Shown here one piece after another: positions 63,750-64,000 of a stretch of 64,000 bases of DNA. The notes below the pieces were generated by a model. It saw only the letters and a program-made list of their open reading frames with translations, searched no databases and was not told the DNA's origin. The stretch spans positions 1,107,153-1,171,152 of the forward strand of contig BDGG01000001.1 of NCBI GenBank assembly GCA_001949185.1. Reading direction: 5' to 3'. The DNA comes from Ramazzottius varieornatus. Taxonomy: Eukaryota > Animalia > Tardigrada. A program made the translations under genes and the position numbers. How positions within the stretch are numbered: position 1 is the stretch's first letter; each line of letters opens with the position of its first letter.

Positions 63750-64000
63750 ATCCCCACATTTATGCTAGGCGCGTGTACGTGTCTTGGTAGTCATTTATTT
63801 CCCATGGGCTGCCTGTTCCCATCCGAACGAGACGAGACGAGACGAAGAGACAAAGAGGGGCCCAGGTTATCAAAATCTAATTGAGAGTGTAATGGGAGGT
63901 GGAGCGTGAAATGAGAGCCAGCTTGGGCCTGTCTAGTGTATGGGACGACCTTTGGTGCTGCTTTGATGAGCTAGCGTGAAATTTCAGACGTACTGGCCGT

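Noticed and set aside
63695-63754. gggat and atccc inverted across the N gap
   Set aside because: Only 5 bp and adjacent to an assembly gap; not interpretable

Overview
Compact, intron-rich eukaryotic (animal) genomic DNA. Short GT-AG introns, dense gene packing and the gene content suggest a tardigrade such as Ramazzottius; this is an inference and was not tested. Genes reconstructed by hand-splicing: a class A GPCR, ACADVL, an orphan mitochondria-targeted hydrophilic protein head-to-head with ACADVL, a divergent IFT88 with an upstream X-box-like motif, MYCBP, SDHC, RAD23, two five-exon GPI-type ephrin paralogues with apparent gene-conversion tracts, an allatostatin-C-type neuropeptide precursor largely missed by the ORF track, a BEN-domain gene, two chromodomain paralogues (one probably disabled), a beta-trefoil-like gene, a stand-alone CASD1-like SGNH domain, a CDC42 paralogue with altered G-motifs, and an Ig I-set/coiled-coil gene. 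Mobile or repeated DNA: a frameshifted DD37D (maT) transposase, a TA-flanked MITE, a long hairpin, and about 15 dispersed copies of a ~60-bp palindrome (CAAGTGGCGCAC-N~25-GTGCGCCACTTG) found almost only in introns and intergenic DNA. A 50-N assembly gap lies at 63700-63749. No rRNA, tRNA or CRISPR array was recognised. All family assignments come from remembered motifs; no database search was run.
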